From contig MU053810.1 of the NCBI GenBank assembly GCA_013239625.1, positions 5,116,071 to 5,180,070 of the forward strand: a DNA stretch of 64,000 nt, in the 5' to 3' direction. The stretch is from Lama guanicoe (taxonomy: Eukaryota). Within the stretch, counting starts at the first letter, position 1. Every line of letters starts with the position of its first letter. The notes below the pieces were generated by a model. The model had not been told where the DNA came from. It saw only the letters and a list, made by a program, of their open reading frames with translations, and ran no database searches. This document shows positions 26,301 to 37,855 of this stretch, one piece after another. Position numbers and translations under genes: made by a program.

Positions 26301-27787
26301 GGCTAACAAGGTCGTTGAATCCTTCCTGCTGACTTTTAGGCACTTTAACCCCAGTAAATCCGTGGAAGAGCCAGTGGTATAGGATGTGCTCGAAGTACAG
26401 CTGTGGACAAAACTATGATGTGTTTTATCAAAGCTTCAAACTGCCCCGCTGAGAGTCTGAAAGAGCTGTGCGGTGCTTCTCTGAACGGTGCCCGCGGTTA
26501 CAGGATCTGGACTTGGAAATAGGGCCTTTCCTTCACCCCTTTCAGGGTAAACAGAGAAACGTTTAGAGGTTATCTACTTTACCACTTTTTTAAGAACTCA
26601 TGGTCAGATTTTAATTGTTTCAGGTTGCATCTTAAAGCAGTAGCTCTTCTCTGATTAAAAAGCCTTCTTTTACGACTCTTATTAATTCACCCCCTGATCC
26701 CAGCCTTCCCCCAACGGCGGTCCTGGTTCTTTGTCCATTCTTCAGGGGCCCTGCTCTCCCTTCATCTGTATTCCCTGCCCGGGTCTCTGCAATTTCGCCT
26801 CATCCTTTGCAGTCCTGCTCTGGTTTGAAGCCCAGAGCTGAGCGCAGTTCTCTGACTCAGGCCTCTCCGAAAGCCTATTTTTTTCATCTTCGGGTTCTGG
26901 CACACGGCAGGGAGAGGAGTGCTGATTTTGCTTGGTTTGAGGGGAAAATAGTTATCAATCGGTTAATGTCACTCTGGGTTGGAAAAACATTAGTCATTCA
27001 GACGTGGCTGTGCTCAGGCCTGTTTGTCGTTGGCCGGCACAGGGGAAGGCCGGCAGTTCCGCGGATGGCTGAGATTTGGCGCTGTGCTGGCCGGCTGGCT
27101 CCCATAAACTGAGTGATGGTGTTTCTCACATGGGTAAACATTTTCTCTCAGTAACTGTTTGGGGCCTTGTTTGGGGCCATTTTTATAGTCTGACACACTT
27201 CTTTTCTCAAAGGTTAAGGACCATCTTCTATTTTTATTGTCAAAGACCAAGCCGAGGAAGCATCCTCACAACCAGTGTAACTAAAAGGTTCAGGAACTGA
27301 AAAGTGATAATCAAACTTTAGGGCGCAGAAGACTCTCTTGGGGAGCCAGCCACTCCCCCGCCCCCAACAGCAGGTCATGGTGGAGAAGCCCTGTGTTCAG
27401 ACTCAGAAACCTGCACTGCTAAGACACTCAGATGAGTGTGATACAATGGTTTGCCAACCATGCCTTAAGGGATACCACTGTCTACGGCTGCAAAGTCAGA
27501 TTTACCCATAAGAGGTTCAGTGTGAGTACATGGGTCTTAGGGACAAGTAACTTCAAAAAAAGTTACAGATGTAGCTGCTCTACATCTAGATGTAGAAATC
27601 AAAAAGCTACCACCATGTGCCCAGCCAGGCACTGTGGAAGATGTAAGGGAAATGTTGATAAATCTTATTTCCTTAGAAAGGCCATTGATGTAAATGTAAA
27701 ACCCAACAGGTTCCCAATGGAAAAAAAATGTGACTTACTTGAGTGGCAATAGGAATCTTATGAATGCATACTCAAGAACGTTCTATC

Positions 27788-28460
27788 ATGTGGAGAAAAG
27801 GGAACCTCGTACATTGTTGGTAGGAATGTAAATTGGTACAGCCATTATGGAAAACAGTATGGAAGTTCCTTAAAAAACTAAAAATAGAATTACCATGTGA
27901 TCCAGCAATTCCACTTGTGGGTATATATCCAAAAAAAAATGAAAGCACTAATTCTAAAAGATATATGAACCCCAATGTTCATAGCTTCATTATTTACCAT
28001 AGCCAATATACAATGGAATATTACTCAGCCATAAAAAGTATAAAATGTTGCTATTTGCATCATCATGGATGGACCTAGGGAATATTATGCTTAGTGAAGT
28101 AAGTTAGAGAAAGACAAATACATGATATTACTTACATATAGACTAAAAAATAATACAAAATGAATGTATATAGCAAAACAGAAACAAATTCACAGATATA
28201 GAAAACAAACTAGTGGTTACCAGTGTGGAAAGGAAAAACGAGGGGGCAAGTTAGGGGTACTGGAGTTACTGGATTAAGAGATACAAAGTATTATGTTTAA
28301 AATAGATCAGCAACAAGGATATATTGTAGAGCTAGGGGATTATAGCCACTATCTTATAATAAATTTTAATGAAATACAATCTGTAAAAATACTGAATCAT
28401 ATGCTGTACATTTGAAACTAAGATAATATTGTAAATCAACTATACTTCAATTTAAAAAAA
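27788..28460 (+). mobile_element. L1 3' end
   Basis: ORF 27833-28078 gives an L1 ORF2 C-terminal remnant ([26 protein letters not shown]). The element ends aaatcaactatacttcaat plus poly(A). Confidence 0.88.
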
Positions 28461-28542
28461 AGAACATCATATAGAAACTCATATAGGACATCCTATGAAG
28501 AATATAGAATGATGCAGTTTTTTAAAAACTGAAACTTATTAA

Positions 28543-29321
28543 GTCCACAAATGATAAAGGCTAGAGAAGGTGTGGAGAAAAGGGAACCCTCCTACACTAT
28601 TGGTGAGAATGCAGTTTGGTGCAGCCATTGTGGTAAACAGTATGGAGATTCCTCAAAAGACTTACTATATGATCCAGTAATCCCACTCCTGGGCACATAT
28701 CCAGAGGGAACATTAATTCAGAAAGATACCTGCACCCCAATGTTCAGAGCAGCACTATTTACAATAGCCAAGACATGGAAACAACCTAAATGTCCATGGA
28801 CAGATAAATGGATAAAGAAGTTGTAGTATATTTATACAATGAAATACTACTCAGCCATAAAAAATAATAAAATAATGCCATTTGCAGCAATATGGATGGC
28901 CCTTGAGAATGTCATTCTAAGTGAAGCAAGCCAGGAAGAGAAAGAAAAATGCCATATGATATCATTCATATGTGGAATCTAAAAAAAAAAAGACAAATGA
29001 ACTCATTTATAAAACAGAAACAGACTCACAGACATAGAAAACAAACTTATAGTTACCAGAGGGGAAGGGGTTGGGAAGGGATAATTTGGGAGTTCAAGAT
29101 TTGCAAATTCTGACTGGTATATATAAAATAGATAAACAAGTTTATACTGTATAGCACAGGGAACTATATTTGATGTCTTGTAGTAGCTTATGGTGAAAAA
29201 GAATATGAAAATGAATGTATGAATATTCATGTATGACTAAGCATTGTGCTGTACACAAGAAATTGATTGTAAACTGACCATACTTCAATAAAAAAGTAAT
29301 AAATAAATTAATTAATTAATT
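28543..29321 (+). mobile_element. Younger L1 3' end with a 19-bp TSD
   Basis: ORF2 C-terminal remnant (28551-28826). TSD aaaaactgaaacttattaa (28524-28542) / aaaaattgaaacttcttaa (29322-29340). Confidence 0.9.
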
Positions 29322-32300
29322 AAAAATTGAAACTTCTTAAAGTTTTAAAATTGAAACATTTTCTTTCTATATTTTGATAACATTTTGTATGATCTGATTA
29401 TACCTCTATACTTTGGACAGTATTAATGTAATACAATATATATCTCTGATATCACAGATAGTATTTGCAAGAACTGTTACCCAGGAATAACAACACCTCA
29501 TCTGCCCAGGCTTTATTCTTAATCTTGCATATGAGGATTTAGAAGCAAAAATTCTTTTTAAATATCAAATTTCTATTATGCGTTTAGCTCAATGGCTTTA
29601 GACTAGGATTCTGATTTTTCTGGTAATACTCCATATGACTTTAGCCAATGAGACTAAGCCAATTATATCCACAAGTATGCCTCAATTTTCTCATTGGTGA
29701 GAGGGGGCAATATATTACTGCTCTACTGCATATGAAGACAAGATTACCACAAGATAACATGCAAGAGAATCCTCTGAAAAATGCTATAAAACTGGAAGGT
29801 GTTACCGAGATGTGGTGAAAATGTATGACCAAATGTTTGTAAAGTTATTTGGTGGGAAAATGACCGGGCAGTTTCCTCTTTAAGATGGACGTAGGATGAC
29901 CAATCAGGGACAGTCAGAATCTAGGGACAAGATGGGACTGGTATGAGAATGGATACAGGAAAAAGAGAAAATTATTAAAGTAATGGAATTTTCCATTAAA
30001 AAAGAACATTTTAACTCAGATTGTCCATTTTCGGATATCCCTTTGAAGCAGCTGTAAGCATAAAGATACACATCTTTACAAAGTTAATAACCAGCAAATA
30101 TGCTTGCATTTTTCTGTCATTCTCTTGATCCCCTTTTAGTTGGAGTTTCTTGCATTTTAAATTCCAAGATTATCTAGTGTCACTACCATGATGAAAACCC
30201 AGGTATTTATGCTTACCTGAATTCTCCACCAGGTTAAAGACTTTTGTCCTGAAAGTATATTCTGACCATTTGACAGTCTGGTAGTTCGTTAACTTTTGCC
30301 AATATTAATCTGTTATTGAAGGAGTGATTCAATCTGTGTACTCAGTTGTTCAGAACCAGTCACTCAGTGACACCAGATTCGAAATCCGGAAAGGCATTTC
30401 ATTTTCTCTCAGTCCTGAAACATGAAAATAAACAAAAAATGCTCAGGCCGGGAATTGTGTTGAAATACATAAACATGTGAAACTTAGTGACTCAGAGTGT
30501 TAGTCACAGAGTCACTGGTTGGAGTCTGGATGAAATCCATTGTGAACAAAGGCCAGTAATAATGATGATGATATTTTGCTTTTTCTTAGTGCTGAACAAA
30601 AACCCTTCACAAATGTTACAAGTACAAAAAAAAAAAGAAAAAAGATACTTTCTTCCAGATATTCAGGCTAAGTAAGAATCTTGCAACCTTTGAGGTATTT
30701 TTATCCCCTCTACATAAATACAGAAAAAAATAGAGTTGCAAAAAATTCTAACACAAGAACAACTTAAGCAAAAAGCCTAATTAGTATTCAATTAGCATAG
30801 TGAGCCCTGTTTCCTGGCCTCTTGTTTGAAGCAGAAGGGATTCAATGTGTAATCTTAGAGGTAAAAAAAAGAGAGAGAGAGAGAGAAAAAAAAAAGGCTC
30901 GATAGCTGTTCTTACAAAGAAACCCAGGAGCTATATTCATAATTACGTTTTGCTTTATTATACTTTCATTGGCAATTAACCTTCCACTGAAGAACGCACA
31001 GAGGGTAAATTTAAGTCTGTTCTTTTGCAAATAATGTCAGGCATGAGTAATCGCATCAACAGAAAGTGCTGGGCTGCTTCAGAGATATCCTCCCACTATC
31101 TCCACATCTGACCGGAACAGGAGTTGGAGAGCTTCAGAGTGAAGGAATAATGTGTCCATGTGTTCCTCCAGATCTCAGAGTCCTGGCAGCCGACCTCAAC
31201 TCTCTTGGCCACCATAAAGCAGTCATTGAAAGGACACAGCTGCAGGAACTAGAGGCTAAGGACTAAATAAATCCACAGGGCTTGAGGCACAAGTCATGTA
31301 CATGACCCTAACACAATACCTTGTGGTTGTGAATGAATGAATTAGTATCTAACGGTGCTGCAGCAGCTTATGCAAAATTAATTGGTGCTTCAGCCAGTGC
31401 TGAGTTTCTAATGGAAAGATGTCCTCTTCAAACACACACACACCCCCCCCAAGGATGAAAACTTTTGCTGATAAGGATCAACTAGAATGGGAACAGAGCT
31501 GTTTATTATTTTGGCTGAACATGGATTCAGATCAGAGGTGATGTACAACGCCCACTGGCAATCAATATCCCAGGAACAGATGCCAGGGTCTGGGTTATGT
31601 TTCAGAGTTGAGGTGTGGAGAGCTTGGAAAAGAGGTTGGGCAGAAGTGGTCTGAGGCCTGAAGTTGTCTCACATGGGAAAAGACACTGAGAAAGATAAAG
31701 ACTTGGACACTGACCTACCTAGAGTAATACCTCCCAAAGTGTGTTTTGTGTCACTTTTCTTTATCTTTGAAAAAAGATGACGTGATTCCTTAGGTTTGAG
31801 GAACAATGAGATAAGCAAAGTTAAACACTTCCATCTTGTGGAATTTCTGGGAGCCTTTAATATGTCAACATGCACTGTTAATATTCAAAAAGACAGAAGC
31901 AAAATGCCGTGTTTCCCAACTTTTTTTTTTGACAATGCAAACCTTTTTAGAGGATGTTTTATAAAAGTTTTAAAAAAATTGCCTTATTACAAAATACTTA
32001 AATTTATACTTGTTATCATGAAGTAAGAAATCTTATATGGCCTAACATATATTTGAAATGACTAAATATTTAAAATATAATATTGTTTTCCAACTATGCA
32101 TTGGCACTTTTTTTTTCCTTTTTAAAAATATGCACTAGGAATATAAATGGACATGGCGAAGGCCTTCCTCAACCTCTGAAAGACATGGCTTTTCAGTTTG
32201 TGCCATCCTTTAACTTGACATGAAACTTTGTATTGTCCTAGAAGACAAGGAACTTCCACACTGACCCCCAACATTCTCTAGTTATGAACATAATCAGCCT

Positions 32301-32704
32301 TCAGAGTAGCAAGAGACATGAGAGCTACCTCATCGTGTCAATTCCCTTTAGTCTCTCCCAATGATAGTGTGGTGGCATCCAAAGGCCATTGTTTTTAGAC
32401 ACTGCCAGCATATAGAATATGCAGGTAAACCAAGAGGCAGAGCTGGGATGTGATGTAGCAAGTCATATAAGGGCATGGGCCGAAGGGGCTCCGGGCTGCT
32501 TCTCTGCCACGTGCAGGACAATGGGAATCCATTGCAATGTTCACGTTTAATAGTCCGAGGTTTGCCCTTGATGGAGCTGAGTTCTTTGTGTTTTCTAACT
32601 ACACTCACTATCTCAGTTACACCAGTAGGATTCAGAGGAAGTCAAACGTGACTCACAGAGGGTCAGATTTGCTAAGTTTTAGCAATTCTGTTCCTAACTT
32701 TCAA

Positions 32705-35700
32705 TTTTTTGTTTTTGTTCCAGCTTTATTGAGGTATAATTGACAAATAAAAAATGGTATGTATTTAAGGTGTAAAATGTGGTAACTTGAGATATACCCA
32801 TACATTGTGAAATGATTACCACAATCATGCTAATTAACATATTGACATAGTTATCACATAGATTTCTTTGTGTGTGTATGTGTGTGTGTGTGTGTGTGTG
32901 TGGTGAAAACACTTAAAAGTCTATTCTTCTAGCAAATGTCCAGTGTACAAGACAGTATTATTAACTGTAGTCACTATGGGGTACATGAGATGGCCAGAAC
33001 TTATTTATTTTATACCTGAAAGTTGGTACTTTTTGATCAACGTCTCCCAACTTCCACTCCCACACTCCCCATCCTTAGAAACTACTACTTTATTGTCTGC
33101 TCTGGGAGTTTACTTTTTCAGGCTTTATATGTAAGTGAGAGTATACAGTTTTTGTCTTTTTGTGTCTGTCTTGTTTCAATTAGCACACTGTCCTCTGGCT
33201 GCATCCATGTTGTCATAAAAAGGGAGGATTTCCTTTTTTATGGCTGAATAATGTTTCACTATATATATGAAAGAAAATATAATTTATATATAAAAAGGAT
33301 ATAATACATTGTATGGAATATATAATGGAATACATAATATAAATATAATGGATAATATAAAAATTACCTTATATATTATATTCCATTAGATATAGATACA
33401 GGTATTTCACATTTTCTTTATCCATTCATCTACTGATGGATACTTCAGTTGTTTCAGTATTTTGGACTTTATGAATAATGCTGCAGTGAACATGGTAGAG
33501 CAGATATCTCTTTGAGATACAAATTTTGTTTCCTTCAGATGTATACCCAGAAGCAGGATTGCTGGATTATGTGGTAATTCTATTTTTAATGTTTTGAGGA
33601 AACTCCATACTGTTTTCCACAAATTGACTGTAACAATTTACATTCCCACGAAAGGTTATGGGGGTTCCCTTTTGCCCACCTCCTTGCCAACATTTATCTC
33701 TTATCTGTTTGATAATAGCCACTTTAAGAGGTGTGAGGTGACATCTCATTGTGGTTTTGATTTGTTTTCCCTGATGATTAGTGATGTTGAGCACCTTTTC
33801 ATACACCTGTTAACCATTTGTATGTCTTCTTTGGAAAAATGTTTGTTTGAGTCCTTTGCCCATTTTTTAACTGGGTAATTTTTTTTTTTGTGGCTATTAT
33901 GAGTTGTATGAGTTCCTTATGTATTTTAGAGATTGGCCCCTTATCAGATAGATGATTTGCAAATATTTTCTCCAATTCTGTAGGTTGCCTTTTATTTCAT
34001 TGATTGTTTCCTTTGCTGTACAGAAGTTTTTAAATTTGATGTAGTTCCACTTGTTTATTTTTGCTTTTATTGCCTGCTTTTGATGTTTTATCCAAAAAAA
34101 AATCAAGACCAATGTCAAGGAGTTTTCCTCCTACGTTTTTTTCAAAGAGTTTTATGGTTTCTGGTTTTACATTTAAGTCTTTAAACCATTTTGAGTTAAT
34201 TTTTGTTTATGTTGTAGGATAAGGGTCCAATTTCATTCTTTGGCATGTATATATCCAGTTTTCCCAAAACTATTTATTAAAGAGATTATCCTTTCTCCAT
34301 TGTATATTCTTAATGTCCTTGTCATAAATTCATTTGTTATATATGCATGGATTTATTCTGGGCCCTATATTCTGTTCCATTAGTCTACATGCCTGATTTT
34401 ATGCCAGTACCATACTGTTTTGATTATAATAGCCTTGTAATGTAGTTTGAAATCAGGAAGTGGGCTTCCTCCAGTTTTGTCCTTTTCCATCAAGATTGTT
34501 TGACTATTTGAGGTTTTTTTGTGGGTCCATATGAATTTTAGAAATTTTTTTTTCTATTTCTGTGAAAAATACCATTGGAATTTTGAGAAAGATTGCATTG
34601 AATCTGTGGTTTGCTTTGGGTAGTATGGACATTTTAACCATATTAATTCTTCTGATCCATGGACAAGGGATATCTTTCCATTTATTTGTGTCCTTTTCAA
34701 TTTCTTTCATCAACATCTTATAGTTTTCAGTGTTCACATATTTTTTTCCCCTCCTTAGTTAAATTTATTCCTAAATATTTTATTCTTTTTGGTATTATTG
34801 TACATGGGATTGCTTTCTTAACTTCTTTTTCAGATAGTCTGTTGCTAGTGCATAGAAACACACCTGATTTTTGTATGTTGATTTTGTATCCTGCAACTGT
34901 ATTGAATTTTTTTATTAGCTCTCTTGGTGGAGTCTTTAGGGTTTCCTAAATATAAGATCATGTCATTGGCAAAGAGAGAGAGCTTTACTTCTTTATTTCT
35001 GAGTTAGATGCCTGTTATTTCTTTTTCTTGCTTACCCTGGCTAAGATGTCCAGTACTATGCTGAATAGAAGTGAGAGTGGAGACCTTTTTCTTGTTCCTG
35101 ATCCTGGAGGAAAAGCTTTCAGTTCTTCGCTACTGAGAATGATGTTAGCTGTGGGCTTGTCAGATACAGCTTTTATTGTATTGAAGTACATTCCTTCTGT
35201 ACTTAATTTGTTGAGAGCTTTTATCAAGAAAGGATGTAGAATTTTGTTAAATGCTTTTTCTCCATCTATTGAGATGAACATATGATTTTTATCCTTTATC
35301 CTGTTAATGAGGTATATCATGTTTATTAATTTGTGTATGTTGAACCATCCTTGCATCTCAGGCATAAAACTCACTTGATCATGGTATATGGTACTTTTAA
35401 TGTGTTGTTGAATTTGGTTTGCCAGTATTTTGTTGAGGATTTTTGCATTTATAATCATTAGGTTCATTGGTTTGTAATTTTCTTTTCATTCACTGTCCTT
35501 ACCTAGCTTTGGTAGGTGGGTAATGCTGGCCTCATAACAAGAGTTTGGAAGTGTTTCCATCTCTTTACTTTTTTAGAAGAGTTTGAAAAGGACTGGTATT
35601 AATTCTTCAGTAAAAGTTTGGTAGAATTCACTAGTGAAATCATTTGGTCATGGGCTTTTCTTTGTTGGGAGATGTTTGATTACTGCTTCAATCTCTTTAC

Positions 35701-37855
35701 TTATTCTTGGACTGCTCAGATTTTTTATGTCTTCATGATTCAGTCTTGATAGGTGTATATTTCTAGGAATTTATCCACTTTCTCTATGTTATCTAATTTG
35801 TTGTCATATTCATAGTAGTCTCTGATATTTTATATTTCTGTGATATCAGTTATAATGTCTCTTTTTTCACTTATAATTTTATTTACAATTATATTACTAT
35901 AAATTTATTATTTTATTGATATTATTTATTTATTTATTCTTTTGTCTTGGTTAGTTTAGCTAAAGATTTGTCAATTTTGTTCATCTTTTCAAGAAACCAA
36001 CTCTCAGTTTTATAGCTCTGTTGTATTGTTTTTCTGGTCTTTATTTTATTTATTTATTTGTGCTCTTCCTTGCTATTTCTGTCCTTATTCTAACCTAAGG
36101 CTTAGTTAATTTTTTCCAGTTCCCATACGTGTAAAGTTAGACTGTTTATTTGAGATCTTTCTTTTTTCTTATTGTAGGCATTTATTACTGAAAATTTCCC
36201 TCTTAGAATTGCTTTTGCTGCATCTCATAAGCTTTGGTATGTTCTGTTTCCATTTTCATTTGTCTCAAGATACTTTTTGATTTCTTCTATTGGTTGTTCA
36301 GGAGTGTGTTTAGTTTCCATGGAGTTGTGAATTTTTCAGCATTCCTCCAGTTACTGATTTCTAGTTTCATACCATTATAATCAGAAAAGATATCTGATAT
36401 AATTTTAATCTTTTAAAATTTGTTAAGATTTGTTTTGTGGCCGAACATGAGACCTACCCTGGAGAATGTTCCATGTGGGCTTAAGAATGTGTGTTTTGCT
36501 TCTGTTGGATGAAGTGTTCTGTATATGTCTGTTAGGTTCATTTGATCTACAGGGTTACTGAAATCCACTGTTTCTTTGTTTTCTGTCTGAATGATCTACC
36601 CATTATTGAAAGCAGGGAATTGAAGTCACCTACTACTGTATTGTTTATTTCTCCCTTCAGTTCTGTTTAATACTCATTTTATATACTTCAGTGCCCCGAT
36701 GTTGGATGCATATATATTTACAACTTTTTTTCTATTTCTTTGAAAAATACCGCTGGAATTTTAATCAGGATTGCACTGAATCTGTAATTTGCTTAATGAA
36801 TTGACCCATTTATTATTATATAATGACCTTCTTTTTTCAATTGAAGTATAGTCAGTTTACAACATTGTGTCAGCTTCCTATAATGACCTTCTTTGTCTCT
36901 TGTGACACATTTTCATGCATGTCTATTTTGTCAATATAAGTATATACACCTCTGCTCTCTTTGGTTACCATTTGCATGGAATATCTTTTTTGATTCCTCC
37001 ACCTTCAGCCTGTATGTGTCCTTAAAAGTAAAGTGAGTCATTTGTAGGCAGTATATTGTTGAGTCTTGTTTGTCTTTTTAAATCTGTTCAGCCACTTGGC
37101 ATCTTTTGATTGGAAATTTAATCCACATACATTTAAAGTAATTACTGATAGGTAAAGACTTACAATTTCTATTTTGCTAATTGTTTTCTCACTGTGTTGT
37201 AGCTCCTTTGTTCTTTTCTTCCTCACTTGCTGTCTTCCTTTGTGATTTGTTGATTATTTATGGTATGCTTTGATTTCTCTTTCCTTTTTTTAATTGGAGT
37301 ATAGTAGTTACCATGTGTCAATTTCTGGTGTACAGCATAATGTTTCAGTCAAACATATACTTACATATATTTGTTTTCATATTCTTTTTCATTATAGGTT
37401 ACTACTGATTCCTCTTTCTTTATCTTTTGTATATCTATTAGAGGTTTTTTCCTTTGTGGTTACCATGAGGCTTACATAGACTATCTTAAAGTTACAACAG
37501 TCTATTTTAAGTTGATAAGAATTTAACTTCAATTGCATACAAAACCCTCCCACTTTTCATCTTTTATACTGTGTGTCCACGAGCATATTGTTGTAGCTAT
37601 ACTTATTTTTAATACTTTGTCTTTTAACATCCATATATATTAAGTGACTTACACACCATCATTACAGTATTAGAGTAGTTTGAATCTGACTATATATTTA
37701 CCTTTACCAGTGAGTTTTTAAACTTTCGTATGTTTTCATGTTGTTAGTTAGTGCCCATTTGTTTCAACTTGAAGAGCACCTTCTAACATTTCTTATAAGG
37801 TGGGTCTCGTGGTGATGGAATCCTTCAGCTCCTCTCATTCTGCCATCTTGCTGAC
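32705..37855 (-). mobile_element. About 5.1-kb L1 (L1MA-like): 3'UTR, degenerate ORF2, end of ORF1 and 5' tip
   Basis: ORF2 remnants at 35015-35467 ([20 protein letters not shown] region), 34504-34737 and 33407-33806. 3' end ccagctttattgaggtataattgac. 5' tip ctgccatcttg. Confidence 0.92.
32869..32902. repeat. (TG)n microsatellite
   Basis: Seen directly. Similar tracts occur at 293-334, 49697-49720, 50450-50472 and 55764-55783. Confidence 0.95.

Noticed and set aside
25564..26306. Long overlapping ORFs (103-202 aa) on both strands, including an out-of-frame upstream ATG at 26162
   Set aside because: These are low-complexity G/P/R/A translations expected in a stop-poor CpG island. The upstream ATG matters only if transcription starts above 26162, for which I have no evidence.
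33407..35467. Reverse-transcriptase-like ORFs as an active element or novel RT system
   Set aside because: They are frameshifted, stop-ridden fragments of an ordinary L1 ORF2.
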